The notes below the pieces were generated by a model that worked only from the letters and a program-made list of their open reading frames with translations, made no database searches and was not told the origin of the DNA. A DNA stretch of 60,014 bases from Actinomycetota bacterium (GTDB lineage: Bacteria; Actinomycetota; Actinomycetes; S36-B12; UBA5976), in the NCBI GenBank assembly GCA_009918005.1, contig RGDC01000002.1:1-60014 (forward strand). Reading direction: 5' to 3'. Made by a program: the position numbers and the translations under genes. This document shows, in pieces, positions 1-8,502 of this stretch; the first letter of the stretch is position 1; every line of letters begins with the position of its first letter.

Positions 1-300
1 TTACTTTTCATCAGCAAGGATGCAGACGGAGTAGTTTCCGTTCTTGCAATCGAAGACTTAGATCCAAATGAAGGCCCTGCATTCATGGCTCTTGGTGTTG
101 CCTTCCCAGGCACACTTGATAGCGAAGATGCTGACGAACTTTCAGATGATCTAGCTCCAAACAGTTCAGCACTAATGGTTGCCTTTGAAAACACCTGGGC
201 AGCTAAGTTCACTGATGCAATTTCTGCATCAAATGCTCGAGTGCTTGATCAGATTCGTATTCCAGCCGAAGTTGTTACCAACTTCTTAGCAGCACGCTAA
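1..300 (+). CDS. DUF6325-like protein, 5' end cut by the window edge
   Basis: Frame 1 is open from nt 1 (LLFISKDADGVV...) to TAA at 298-300. The ...SSALMVAFENTWAAKF...RIPAEVV pattern and the SHOCT gene immediately downstream match the DUF6325/SHOCT pairing as I recall it. Confidence 0.45.
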   Translation, partial: LLFISKDADGVVSVLAIEDLDPNEGPAFMALGVAFPGTLDSEDADELSDDLAPNSSALMVAFENTWAAKFTDAISASNARVLDQIRIPAEVVTNFLAAR

Positions 301-325
301 AGAATTATTAGAAAAGGAAATTGAA

Positions 326-562
326 ATGGGACTTATGAGAGTTGCGGCTCGCACCGCAGTTATTTCAGGAACAGCAACAGCCGTGTCAGGTCGTGTGGCA
401 CAGCGTCAAATGGCAGCAGCGCAAGCATCAGCACCAGCTGCTGCAGCACCTGCTGGTGACGAATCAATTGCAAAGGTGCAGGAACTTGCTGCCCTTCATG
501 CTCAAGGAATTCTTTCCGATGAGGAATTTGCAGCAGCAAAGGCAAAAGCACTAGGAATCTAA
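326..562 (+). CDS. SHOCT domain-containing protein
   Basis: 78 aa with an Ala-rich linker. C-terminal LAALHAQGILSDEEFAAAKAKALGI is the classic SHOCT short C-terminal motif. A GGAAA-type SD lies upstream. Confidence 0.6.
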   Translation: MGLMRVAARTAVISGTATAVSGRVAQRQMAAAQASAPAAAAPAGDESIAKVQELAALHAQGILSDEEFAAAKAKALGI

Positions 563-571
563 TTTCTAAAT

Positions 572-610
572 AAAACAACCCCTGGCGAATCCGTCAGGGG
601 TTGTTTTATT
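572..610. terminator. Bidirectional rho-independent terminator between convergent genes
   Basis: Perfect 13-bp stem aaaacaacccctg (572-584) / caggggttgtttt (595-607) with a 10-nt loop. An A-run lies 5' and a T-run 3'. It sits between the SHOCT stop (562) and the SDR stop (620). Confidence 0.7.
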
Positions 611-619
611 TGATCAAAA

Positions 620-1417
620 TTAGCGAACTGTGCGCTGCTCACTAATTGAATTTCCACCGTCAATCACGATTACTTGACCTGTAAGGTAACTGGCTTCACG
701 GCTGGCAAGGAAGCCAACAACTGCAGCAACTTCGTTCGGTGTAGCCGAACGTCCCATTGGCGTGCTGCCACCTTCGTGACCTTCGCTAATGCTTTGGGAT
801 GCAGTTTGAATCCAACCAGGAGCAACAGCATTTGCAGTAACGCCATGCTTTGCTTCATCGACTGCAAGTGACTTAGTTAGCCCAACCATGCCAGCTTTAG
901 TAGCACCGTAAGCAACGTCGTTGCGAATCGCCATCACAGGTCCAGTCAAGCTCGACATCATGATGACTCGACCTGCGGATGATTCGCGCAAGTGGGGAAG
1001 CGCAAGCTTGGTTATATAGAAAGCCGAGTTAAGATTTCGCGCAATCGAATTGTGCCATCCATCCACACTCATTGAAGCACCATCACCAGCTTCGCCCACT
1101 TCTTGCATTGGCGCATTGACACTAGTCATGCCTGCGTTGTTAACGATGATGTCTAAACCACCAAGAAATTCAAGAGAGTTGTTAACGACAGTTTCAGCAG
1201 CAGAGAATTCAGTTAAGTCAGCAACGCAGCCATCTACTTTAAATCCTTGTGCCTTTAGTTCAGTGATTCGATCATTGAGTCGATCACTTGCACCCGTGAT
1301 GTAGACCGAGGCGCCCATTTCGCAGAGCAACTTTGCGCTGGCATAACCAATGCCAGTGGGCGAACCAGCGCCAGTAATTAATGCCTTTGATCCGGAAAGG
1401 TTAAATGGAGGTGTCAT
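620..1417 (-). CDS. SDR-family oxidoreductase (FabG-like)
   Basis: 265 aa. Has the TGAGSPTGIG Rossmann motif, NNAG, and the YGATKAG catalytic Y-x3-K motif. Confidence 0.85.
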   Translation of the reverse strand: MTPPFNLSGSKALITGAGSPTGIGYASAKLLCEMGASVYITGASDRLNDRITELKAQGFKVDGCVADLTEFSAAETVVNNSLEFLGGLDIIVNNAGMTSVNAPMQEVGEAGDGASMSVDGWHNSIARNLNSAFYITKLALPHLRESSAGRVIMMSSLTGPVMAIRNDVAYGATKAGMVGLTKSLAVDEAKHGVTANAVAPGWIQTASQSISEGHEGGSTPMGRSATPNEVAAVVGFLASREASYLTGQVIVIDGGNSISEQRTVR

Positions 1418-1561
1418 GCCACCATCGTGCCAGTGAATTGCCTGCGATGAGTAAGGAACCTGTGGTCAAATCGGGCTAAATGTGACCTAGCAACTATGAA
1501 CCTGGTGATTCTGGCAACATCACTAATGCGACAATAGAGGCTTACCAAGGAGAGACGCTTA

Positions 1562-2947
1562 ATGGCTAATAACAGTCCGGGTTATGCAATTACATTGCGT
1601 GTTGAGTTATCACCCGAATCATCGTCCACTGCAAGCTTGGCCCAAGCCGTTATCGATACTGGCGCTGCACTTACTGCTCTTGACGTTGTTGAATCTAGCC
1701 ATGAACGAATGGTTGTAGACGTTACTTGCGATACCTCTGATCCAGATCACGCTGATCGAGTTACTGCCGCTATTGCCGCAATTGCAGGCGCCAATGTTCG
1801 CAAAGTCAGTGATCGCACCTTCTTACTTCACCTTGGTGGCAAGTTAGAAGTTAAGCCAAAAGTTCCACTTCGCACTCGTGATGATCTTTCTCGGGCTTAC
1901 ACCCCGGGTGTGGCACGAATCTGTATGGCAATTTATGAAGAGCCAAGTGACGCTCGTCGCCTAACTATTAAGCGCAATACCGTTGCCGTAGTAACAGATG
2001 GTTCTGCAGTTCTAGGTCTTGGCAACATCGGACCAGCTGCCGCGCTTCCGGTTATGGAAGGTAAAGCTGCGCTCTTTAAACAGTTTGCTGATGTGGATGC
2101 TTGGCCAGTTTGCCTTGATACTCAGGATGTAGATGAAATTGTTCGCACCGTCCAGATCCTGGCTCCGGTTTATGGCGGCATCAACTTAGAAGATATCTCC
2201 GCGCCACGTTGCTTTGAAATCGAAGCCCGATTGCGCGAACTTCTGGATATTCCGGTTTTCCACGACGACCAACATGGCACCGCGATTGTTGTTCTTGCGG
2301 CGCTTACAAATGCCTTAAAGATTGTTAAGAAGAAGCCGGAAGATTTAAAGATCGTTATGAGTGGAGCTGGTGCTGCTGGAACTGCGGTTGCACAGTTGCT
2401 TTACGAAGCTGGCATGAAAAACATCACTGCATATGATACTGAAGGTGCAATTTATCAGGACCGGCCAAATAGTGAATCCACTAGTGCTTGGATGATGGCC
2501 AATACCAACAAGGCTGGTGTAACGGGAAAGTTAGGCAAAGGTCTTGCGGGTGCAGACGTATTCATTGGCGTAAGTGCCCCAAATATTTTGACTGAAGCTG
2601 ATGTGGCCTCGATGGCTAAAGATTCAATTGTGTTTGCCATGGCCAATCCAGATCCAGAAATTGATCCCGTGATTGCCGCCAAGCATGCAAAAATTGTTGC
2701 AACTGGTCGCAGCGATTATCCAAACCAAATCAACAATGTTTTAGCTTTCCCAGGAATCTTCCGAGGTCTGTTAGATGCAGCGTCTTCGAAGATCACCACA
2801 GAGACTTTGCTCGCGGCAGCCCATGCAATTGCGGGTTGCGTTTCGCCGGCCCAGTTAAATGCCAGTTACATCGTGCCAAGTGTGTTTGATCCAAACGTTG
2901 CTAAGTCAGTGGCTAAAGCCGTGGAAGACGTGGCTCGGCGATCATAA
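1562..2947 (+). CDS. NAD(P)-dependent malic enzyme with N-terminal ACT-like domain
   Basis: 461 aa. Contains DLSRAYTPGVA, VVTDGSAVLGLGNIGP, PVMEGKAALFK, INLEDISAPRCFEIE, VFHDDQHGTAIV and VLAFPGIFRG, all hallmark malic-enzyme motifs. About 75 N-terminal residues look ACT-like. Confidence 0.85.
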   Translation: MANNSPGYAITLRVELSPESSSTASLAQAVIDTGAALTALDVVESSHERMVVDVTCDTSDPDHADRVTAAIAAIAGANVRKVSDRTFLLHLGGKLEVKPKVPLRTRDDLSRAYTPGVARICMAIYEEPSDARRLTIKRNTVAVVTDGSAVLGLGNIGPAAALPVMEGKAALFKQFADVDAWPVCLDTQDVDEIVRTVQILAPVYGGINLEDISAPRCFEIEARLRELLDIPVFHDDQHGTAIVVLAALTNALKIVKKKPEDLKIVMSGAGAAGTAVAQLLYEAGMKNITAYDTEGAIYQDRPNSESTSAWMMANTNKAGVTGKLGKGLAGADVFIGVSAPNILTEADVASMAKDSIVFAMANPDPEIDPVIAAKHAKIVATGRSDYPNQINNVLAFPGIFRGLLDAASSKITTETLLAAAHAIAGCVSPAQLNASYIVPSVFDPNVAKSVAKAVEDVARRS

Positions 2948-2948
2948 C

Positions 2949-2978
2949 TTGACTTTAGCCATAGTTGAAAGTTAAACT
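2949..2978 (+). promoter_or_regulatory. Candidate sigma-70/SigA-type promoter for yceI-like gene
   Basis: TTGACT (2949-2954), an 18-nt spacer, then TAAACT (2973-2978, fits TANNNT). It lies about 35 nt upstream of the AAGGAG SD of the 3014 gene. By-eye match only. Confidence 0.35.
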
Positions 2979-3000
2979 AAATTAGTTCAATTTTCAACTA
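2962..3000. promoter_or_regulatory. 39-nt AT-rich imperfect palindrome (candidate operator or 5' hairpin)
   Basis: tagttgaaagttaaac - taaatta - gttcaattttcaacta. The outer 9 bp are perfect (tagttgaaa/tttcaacta). The 16-nt arms carry 2 mismatches. It overlaps the putative -10 and ends 3 nt before the SD. Confidence 0.4.
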
Positions 3001-3013
3001 TTAAGGAGTCGCT

Positions 3014-3553
3014 ATGACTGAACTTTCTTCAATCGCGGGAACTTGGGTTATTGACCCATCACATTCACGCTTGGGTTTTGAAACCCGTCACGCAGTAATC
3101 ACAAAAGTCCGTGGACACTTTGCAGATTTCGAAGGCACAATTGTTGTCGGCGCTGACACTGCATCTTCCTCTGCAAAAGTCACAGCAAAGCTTGACTCAA
3201 TCGACACCGGCTCCGCCGATCGCGATGGTCACCTAAAGAGTGCCGACTTCTTCGACACCGAAAATACAAACGAATTGGTTTTTGAATCAACTGCAATCAA
3301 GGCAACTGGCGACACATTCATAGTAACTGGCAACCTAACCATCAAGGGTGTAACAAACAGCATCGACATCGCTGTGGAACCAACCGGAACTGCAAAGGAT
3401 CCATTTGGTAATGATCGTGCTGGTTTCGAAGGTACAGGCGAACTAAGTCGTAAAGATTTCGGACTAACTTGGAACGTAGCGCTTGAAACTGGTGGTTTCC
3501 TAGTCAGCGACAACATCAAGTTGCAGCTAGACATCTCCGCAATCAAGCAGTAA
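3014..3553 (+). CDS. YceI family protein
   Basis: 179 aa. WVIDPSHSRLGFETRH...V.G.F, the SADRDGHLKSADFFD motif and the G.LTI.GVT pattern are typical of YceI-like lipid/polyisoprenoid-binding proteins. Strong AAGGAG SD. Confidence 0.8.
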   Translation: MTELSSIAGTWVIDPSHSRLGFETRHAVITKVRGHFADFEGTIVVGADTASSSAKVTAKLDSIDTGSADRDGHLKSADFFDTENTNELVFESTAIKATGDTFIVTGNLTIKGVTNSIDIAVEPTGTAKDPFGNDRAGFEGTGELSRKDFGLTWNVALETGGFLVSDNIKLQLDISAIKQ

Positions 3554-3582
3554 TTAAACAAACTTTCCCAGAAAAAACTAAA

Positions 3583-3614
3583 GAGGATCGATGCCTAGGC
3601 ATCGGTCCTCTTTT
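3583..3614. terminator. Bidirectional rho-independent terminator
   Basis: 13-bp stem gaggatcgatgcc / ggcatcggtcctc (one G-U pair) with loop ta, followed by TTTT and preceded by an A-run. It lies between convergent genes ending at 3553 and 3642. Confidence 0.7.
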
Positions 3615-3641
3615 GGTTTGCTATGTGGTTACAGCAGTGGA

Positions 3642-3836
3642 TTAGAACGCATCACGCAGGCGTTCGATGACGCTCTTACGTGTGATGTTGCTCTTTTCCA
3701 TGTTGTACGAGCGCACGATGTAATTCACATCAGCATTGCGGTTCTCGCCAATGGCATTGTTGATTAGGACTGCATAGTTTGATTCCAATGCAGGGAATCC
3801 AACAACGGATTCGGTTTCGTTCATTTGAACACTCAT
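3642..3836 (-). CDS. Small hypothetical protein (64 aa)
   Basis: Chosen start ATG 3836 (MSVQMNETES...) is preceded by AAGGAG at ideal spacing on the minus strand. The gene is followed by the 3583-3614 terminator. No family recognised. Confidence 0.45.
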   Translation of the reverse strand: MSVQMNETESVVGFPALESNYAVLINNAIGENRNADVNYIVRSYNMEKSNITRKSVIERLRDAF

Positions 3837-4012
3837 GGTGTTTTCTCCTTTTGGTGTGGGGGTCTCCCACAACTCAAGTGTCCCAGACCTCTATGAATGC
3901 CTCTCGACGAGAAGGTGTCCATAGGCTTAAATCCCGTGTGAACCTTGACACATTTTGTTGAATTCTCAACTAAATCGTGACCCAGGCCACACTGCGCGTA
4001 CGATTACCAGTT

Positions 4013-4489
4013 ATGAGCAACTCTGATTTAACGCACATCGATGCCTCTGGCAACGCTCACATGGTTGACGTTGCAGATCGCGAAGTGACAACCCGCACTG
4101 CCACAACAGTTGGTCGCGTGCTGCTTTCCCAGCAAGTTGTTACATTGCTGCGTGATGGCGCAGTCCCAAAAGGTGATGTGCTAGCTACTGCTCGGATTGC
4201 CGGAATTATGGCCACCAAGCGAACTCCAGATTTGATTCCGCTATGCCATCCAATTGCAGTCCACGGTGTTTCAGTTGACTTAGTTGTGGTTGATGATGGT
4301 GTAGAAATTACTGCAACCGTTAAAACCGCAGATCGCACTGGTGTTGAGATGGAAGCGCTTACCGCAGTTGCAGTTGCTGGCCTAACTGTGATCGATATGG
4401 TTAAGGCAATTGATCCGGGCGCGACGATTACTGATGTGAAAATGACACACAAAGACGGTGGGCGTAACGGGGAATGGAACCGAAGCTAA
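4013..4489 (+). CDS. moaC: Cyclic pyranopterin monophosphate synthase MoaC
   Basis: MSNSDLTHIDASGNAHMVDV, KGDVLATARIAGIMATKRT.DLIPLCHP and TGVEMEALTAV align closely with E. coli MoaC as recalled. The internal ATG at 4013 gives a canonical N-terminus. Confidence 0.9.
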   Translation: MSNSDLTHIDASGNAHMVDVADREVTTRTATTVGRVLLSQQVVTLLRDGAVPKGDVLATARIAGIMATKRTPDLIPLCHPIAVHGVSVDLVVVDDGVEITATVKTADRTGVEMEALTAVAVAGLTVIDMVKAIDPGATITDVKMTHKDGGRNGEWNRS

Positions 4490-4987
4490 ATGACAGTTCG
4501 AACTGCAGTTGTTATTACCGCAAGTAATCGTGCAAGTGCTGGCGTGTACGCAGATACTAGTGGGGAAATTCTTGCTGCAGGTTTAGTCAAACTTGGTTAC
4601 GAACTTAAAGATCCAATCGTGATTCCAGATAACATCTCACAGATTCAAGCAGCAATTGAACTTTCACTTGCTGGCAATGTCGATTTAATTGTGACGACTG
4701 GTGGTACGGGAGTTTCGCCGCATGATGTAACTCCCGAAGCAACGGCGCCTCTTATTAAAAAGTTACTTCCTGGAATCTCCGAAGCGTTTCGTGCATATTC
4801 TCGAGACCGAGTTCCAACTACAGATCTATCCCGAGGCCTTGCTGGAGTTACTGGCTCCTCGCTGATCATTAATCTGCCAGGATCTCCGGGCGGCGTAAAA
4901 GACGGACTCGTCATAATCGAGCGCCTGGCTGGCCATGTCCATGATCAGATTGCCGGTGTTGATCACACGCCTACGATTAAGGCATGA
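4490..4987 (+). CDS. mog: Molybdopterin adenylyltransferase MogA/MoaB family
   Basis: 165 aa. Has the TTGGTG, DVTPEA and LPGSPGG motifs. The start abuts the moaC stop (TAAATG). Confidence 0.85.
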   Translation: MTVRTAVVITASNRASAGVYADTSGEILAAGLVKLGYELKDPIVIPDNISQIQAAIELSLAGNVDLIVTTGGTGVSPHDVTPEATAPLIKKLLPGISEAFRAYSRDRVPTTDLSRGLAGVTGSSLIINLPGSPGGVKDGLVIIERLAGHVHDQIAGVDHTPTIKA

Positions 4988-6261
4988 GTCAACCGCTTCG
5001 CATCACTACGCGTGCGAGTGATCGGATAAGGCGCAGGCAACTGCGTCGAATGAAATCTTTTGCCACCGGTTTGTTACTCGTAGCAGCGATTATTTATGTC
5101 TTCGCCAAGCGAGCAGAAGCAGCAGGTGCAGCTCAATGGGTCAGTTACGTTCGGGCCGCAGCCGAGGCTGGAATGATCGGTGGCCTTGCAGACTGGTTCG
5201 CCGTTACTGCACTATTTCGTAGACCTCTTGGATTACCAATTCCACACACTGCAATCATTCCCACGCGCAAAGATGCCATCGGTGCCAGCCTCGGTGAATT
5301 TGTTGGCGATAACTTCTTGTCTGAAGAAGTTGTGCGAAGCAAGCTGCAGTCCGCCAATATTTCAAATCGGCTTGGTAGCTGGCTAAGTAAATCTGAAAAC
5401 GCAAAACAAGTAACAGACGAACTTTCTGGGGTTGTTGCATGGGCAACATCTTTAGGTGATGACGAAGATATCGCCGAAGTTATTGAAGAGTCATTTCGAC
5501 GTACCGCAGAAAACTTCGATATTGCTAAGCCGCTTGGAATTTTTTTGGTTAAGGCAGTTGAAAATGATGCCCACACACCAATCGTGGATATGTTGGCCAA
5601 AGCAATTCAAGACTGGTTGGAAAATGATTCAGCCCGAGCTAAGGGTTGGATCGATAAGCAATTACCTAAGTGGTTGCCGGGGCTTGGTAAAGATCGAGCA
5701 GGCGAGTGGCTTTATGAACGACTTATTGAATTAAGTAAAGACGTTCAAGTTGATTACGAACACCCGATCCGCCGATCTATTGAACGCCTCCTACATAGAT
5801 TTGCAGACCAATTGCAATCTGATCCAATCATTATTGAACGTGTTAACGCTGCCAAGATGCGCTTAGTTGATCGTCCAGAGGTTCGCCACACAATTTCTGA
5901 CATTTGGATTTCCACAAAGAAATCTTTGCGCGAAGAAGCTGCAAATCCAGAAAGCGAATTGCGCGCTCGAGTTACCAGATTGATTTGTAATTTTGGAACT
6001 AAGGTTTCAGCCGATCGCGAATTGCAAAAAACTATTGACACAGCGCTCGAAAATGCAACAACTCATTTGGTTGATAGATATCGCGATGAAATTGCAGCGG
6101 TAATTAGCGACACTGTGGCCCGTTGGGATGCGGGAGACACTGCAAAAAAGATTGAACTGCAAGTTGGCCGAGATCTGCAATTTATTCGTGTCAATGGCAC
6201 GATCGTTGGCGCATTGGCTGGAATTGCGATTCACGCAATTGGTGAATTAGTAGCTCGCTAA
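4984..6261 (+). CDS. DUF445 domain-containing membrane protein
   Basis: 425 aa. An N-terminal TM segment is followed by DWFAVTALFRRPLGLPIPHTAIIP, the DUF445 signature as I recall it, with a C-terminal TM. ATGA overlap with mog. Confidence 0.7.
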   Translation: MSQPLRITTRASDRIRRRQLRRMKSFATGLLLVAAIIYVFAKRAEAAGAAQWVSYVRAAAEAGMIGGLADWFAVTALFRRPLGLPIPHTAIIPTRKDAIGASLGEFVGDNFLSEEVVRSKLQSANISNRLGSWLSKSENAKQVTDELSGVVAWATSLGDDEDIAEVIEESFRRTAENFDIAKPLGIFLVKAVENDAHTPIVDMLAKAIQDWLENDSARAKGWIDKQLPKWLPGLGKDRAGEWLYERLIELSKDVQVDYEHPIRRSIERLLHRFADQLQSDPIIIERVNAAKMRLVDRPEVRHTISDIWISTKKSLREEAANPESELRARVTRLICNFGTKVSADRELQKTIDTALENATTHLVDRYRDEIAAVISDTVARWDAGDTAKKIELQVGRDLQFIRVNGTIVGALAGIAIHAIGELVAR

Positions 6262-6275
6262 AGTGTTAATGCTGC

Positions 6276-7232
6276 CTAAAAAGCAGCACGCTGCAATCTG
6301 TCATTGATCGCTTGCGCTAAACCTTCGCCAGTAGGTGGAACAACATAAATTATTTCTAGTTTCAAATCATCGCCAGATCTTAAACAACCGTAAAGTTCGT
6401 GGGCAAAGTCATCAATAGTCGAGGGAGACCCAAGGCGAACTAAGCCGTTTGGTGTTGGAACTTTTGCGAGTGCGAGGAATCCTGAATTTGCCCCAGATAC
6501 AGCGGTTGACTCCTCGGCGATCAATACGACTTTTGCAATTGGGGCATAGTGCGAATCAAGTGAGCCACTAACGCGAGGCGCGTTCGCTAATTGAGAGGAA
6601 ACGGCTATGCCAGTGATTTGTTCAATATCTTTGGAAGTGATTGCGCCTGGACGAAGGACAACAGGATTGGTGCCAGTGGCTAGGACAATCGTCGACTCCA
6701 ACCCAACCTGACATTCGCCACCGTCAAGAATTAGATCGCCGTGTGATGATAAATATTCACCTAAGTCGGATAAGACATGGGAAGCGCTGGTAGGTGAAAC
6801 ATGACCAAAGCGATTCGCACTTGGAGCGACCAATCCCTTTATCCCGATGAGCTTTAGTTCGGTTAGCAATTCTTGTGCGATTGGATGGCCAGGCACGCGA
6901 ACCGCAACAGTGTCCTGCCCGCCGGTAACTGAATCACTTGCAAGCGCTGTGCGTGGCCCAACGATAGTCAATGGCCCGGGCCAAACGGATTCGGTTAATT
7001 TGATAGCCCATTGCGGAAGTTCAGTGATCCATTCATTTGCATCGTCAGTTGTTGCTACGTGCACGATCAAAGGATGATCTGCGGGACGTTCCTTGGCTTC
7101 AAATACTCTCGCTACTGCTGATTCATCTAACGCATTTGCCGCCAGTCCATAAACCGTTTCAGTTGGAATTGCGCACAACTTTCCAGATGCGATAATTGTT
7201 ACAGCTTGTGCGATGTCATTTGTGATCATCAC
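6276..7232 (-). CDS. tsaC: L-threonylcarbamoyladenylate synthase (Sua5/YwlC type)
   Basis: 318 aa. The YrdC-domain motifs IPTETVYGLAANA, VFEAKERP and SANRFGH are followed by a Sua5-like C-terminal domain. Confidence 0.85.
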   Translation of the reverse strand: MMITNDIAQAVTIIASGKLCAIPTETVYGLAANALDESAVARVFEAKERPADHPLIVHVATTDDANEWITELPQWAIKLTESVWPGPLTIVGPRTALASDSVTGGQDTVAVRVPGHPIAQELLTELKLIGIKGLVAPSANRFGHVSPTSASHVLSDLGEYLSSHGDLILDGGECQVGLESTIVLATGTNPVVLRPGAITSKDIEQITGIAVSSQLANAPRVSGSLDSHYAPIAKVVLIAEESTAVSGANSGFLALAKVPTPNGLVRLGSPSTIDDFAHELYGCLRSGDDLKLEIIYVVPPTGEGLAQAINDRLQRAAF

Positions 7233-7250
7233 GGCACCAACGGCATGAAT

Positions 7251-8468
7251 CTAGCCCCACCAGAAAGCAGTCGCGATACCTAGATACAGGGTGATAAGTG
7301 CTGCGCCTTCGAACCAAGTTGATTGGCCATCTGAAACCACAACGATTGCGATAAATACCGCCATAAACATCACAGCTAGTAGAAGCGGTGAAAGAACTAA
7401 TGTAAATGTTGCAGCGCCCACCAAAGGTGAAGCAAGTGCAATCAAAGGAGCCACGATCATTGCGACCTGAACCGGAGATTGCAAAATAATTTGCAATGCG
7501 TAACTTTGTTGATCTCGATATGCAAGTTGTATGCCGGAGAAAGCCTCCACAACATTACTTGCTAGGGCAACAATGATTAGGCCAGCAAATGCCTCAGAGA
7601 TTCCTAAAGTAGACATTGCTGAAGGCAAAACTTTAACGAACCAACTTGAAATAATAATTGAGCCAGCCACGGCAATTAACACCATGAAGACTGCAACATT
7701 CATGGTCCATTGACCATGCTCGTCGACCTCACTTGCGGCAACTAAGGCCTCACTAGTTCCAGTGACAGGAGATTCGTGATTAGCGTGCTTGATAGTGTCC
7801 GGAATCGAAGCAAGAAAAAGCACAATCAAAAGCAACGAAATAATTACTGTGATCTGGCGTTCATACTCAACGGCTGGAGTATTAAAGCTGGCAGCTAACG
7901 ACGGAATCGCCAGCGCAAAAACGGAAAGTGCGAGCAACATACTGAGTTGTCGAGCAGAAACAATGTTGAAGGCCTGGCGACCATACTTGCGACCACCAAC
8001 TACGAATGCAATTCCCATTACAAGCAAAATGTTGGCGATCACTGAGCCAACAATTGTGGCCTTAACAATTTCATACAATCCGGCCTTTAGTGCAAAAAGA
8101 ATTACAAAAATTTCAGGTAAGTTACCGAGCAAAGATTGTAGTAATCCATTGACACCCCTACCGATTCGATCACTAATTGCTTCGACGCTTCGCACTACCA
8201 ATCGAGCAATTGCACCTAAGGCGATAGCCGACGTGAAAAAAGCTAAAACTGGATTTCCATTTGTGCTATTCAAGATTCCCGCAGCAGTTGAAACGCCGAG
8301 AACGATTGCTAAAAGCCTGCGGTCTGAATGACTGAGAACCGCTAAACCATGTGGACGTTCGACTGTGATGGTAGCAACAGCGCTAGTTTTAGCTGCCCGG
8401 CGACCGCGGATGCCAGGTCTAGATACTTTTTCAGATTCTGGCTGGGGATCAACTCTGCGGCGTGACAT
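7251..8468 (-). CDS. Ca2+/H+ antiporter (CaCA/CAX, ChaA-like)
   Basis: 405 aa polytopic membrane protein with two alpha-repeat-like motifs (GNLPEIF and SNVVEAF). It has an N-terminal basic extension. Confidence 0.75.
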   Translation of the reverse strand: MSRRRVDPQPESEKVSRPGIRGRRAAKTSAVATITVERPHGLAVLSHSDRRLLAIVLGVSTAAGILNSTNGNPVLAFFTSAIALGAIARLVVRSVEAISDRIGRGVNGLLQSLLGNLPEIFVILFALKAGLYEIVKATIVGSVIANILLVMGIAFVVGGRKYGRQAFNIVSARQLSMLLALSVFALAIPSLAASFNTPAVEYERQITVIISLLLIVLFLASIPDTIKHANHESPVTGTSEALVAASEVDEHGQWTMNVAVFMVLIAVAGSIIISSWFVKVLPSAMSTLGISEAFAGLIIVALASNVVEAFSGIQLAYRDQQSYALQIILQSPVQVAMIVAPLIALASPLVGAATFTLVLSPLLLAVMFMAVFIAIVVVSDGQSTWFEGAALITLYLGIATAFWWG

Positions 8469-8502
8469 AACTTAAATCTTACCGTTTTTGAAATAAGGGA
8501 AT

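Noticed and set aside
3837-4012. Moco riboswitch upstream of moaC, and a TTGACA (3945-3950) promoter.
   Set aside because: I could not recognise the Moco motif core. The TTGACA has no convincing -10 at 17-19 nt (aactaa/ctaaat). Evidence is too weak to report as a feature.
4057-4452. Long antisense or out-of-frame ORFs in the track. Examples: 4057..4452, 5145..5600, 7789..8331, 9989..10375, 13436..13921, 19609..20049, 31355..31867, 31516..31938, 32414..32794, 34236..34739, 35779..36180, 58134..58523.
   Set aside because: Each lies entirely inside a well-supported conserved gene on the other strand or in another frame. Their composition is low-complexity or odd, and they lack SD sequences. They are shadow ORFs.
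6270-6288. Hairpin tgctgc-ctaaaaa-gcagca between DUF445 and Sua5.
   Set aside because: The stem is only 6 bp, there is no flanking U-tract in either direction, and it overlaps the Sua5 coding end. It is not convincing as a terminator.
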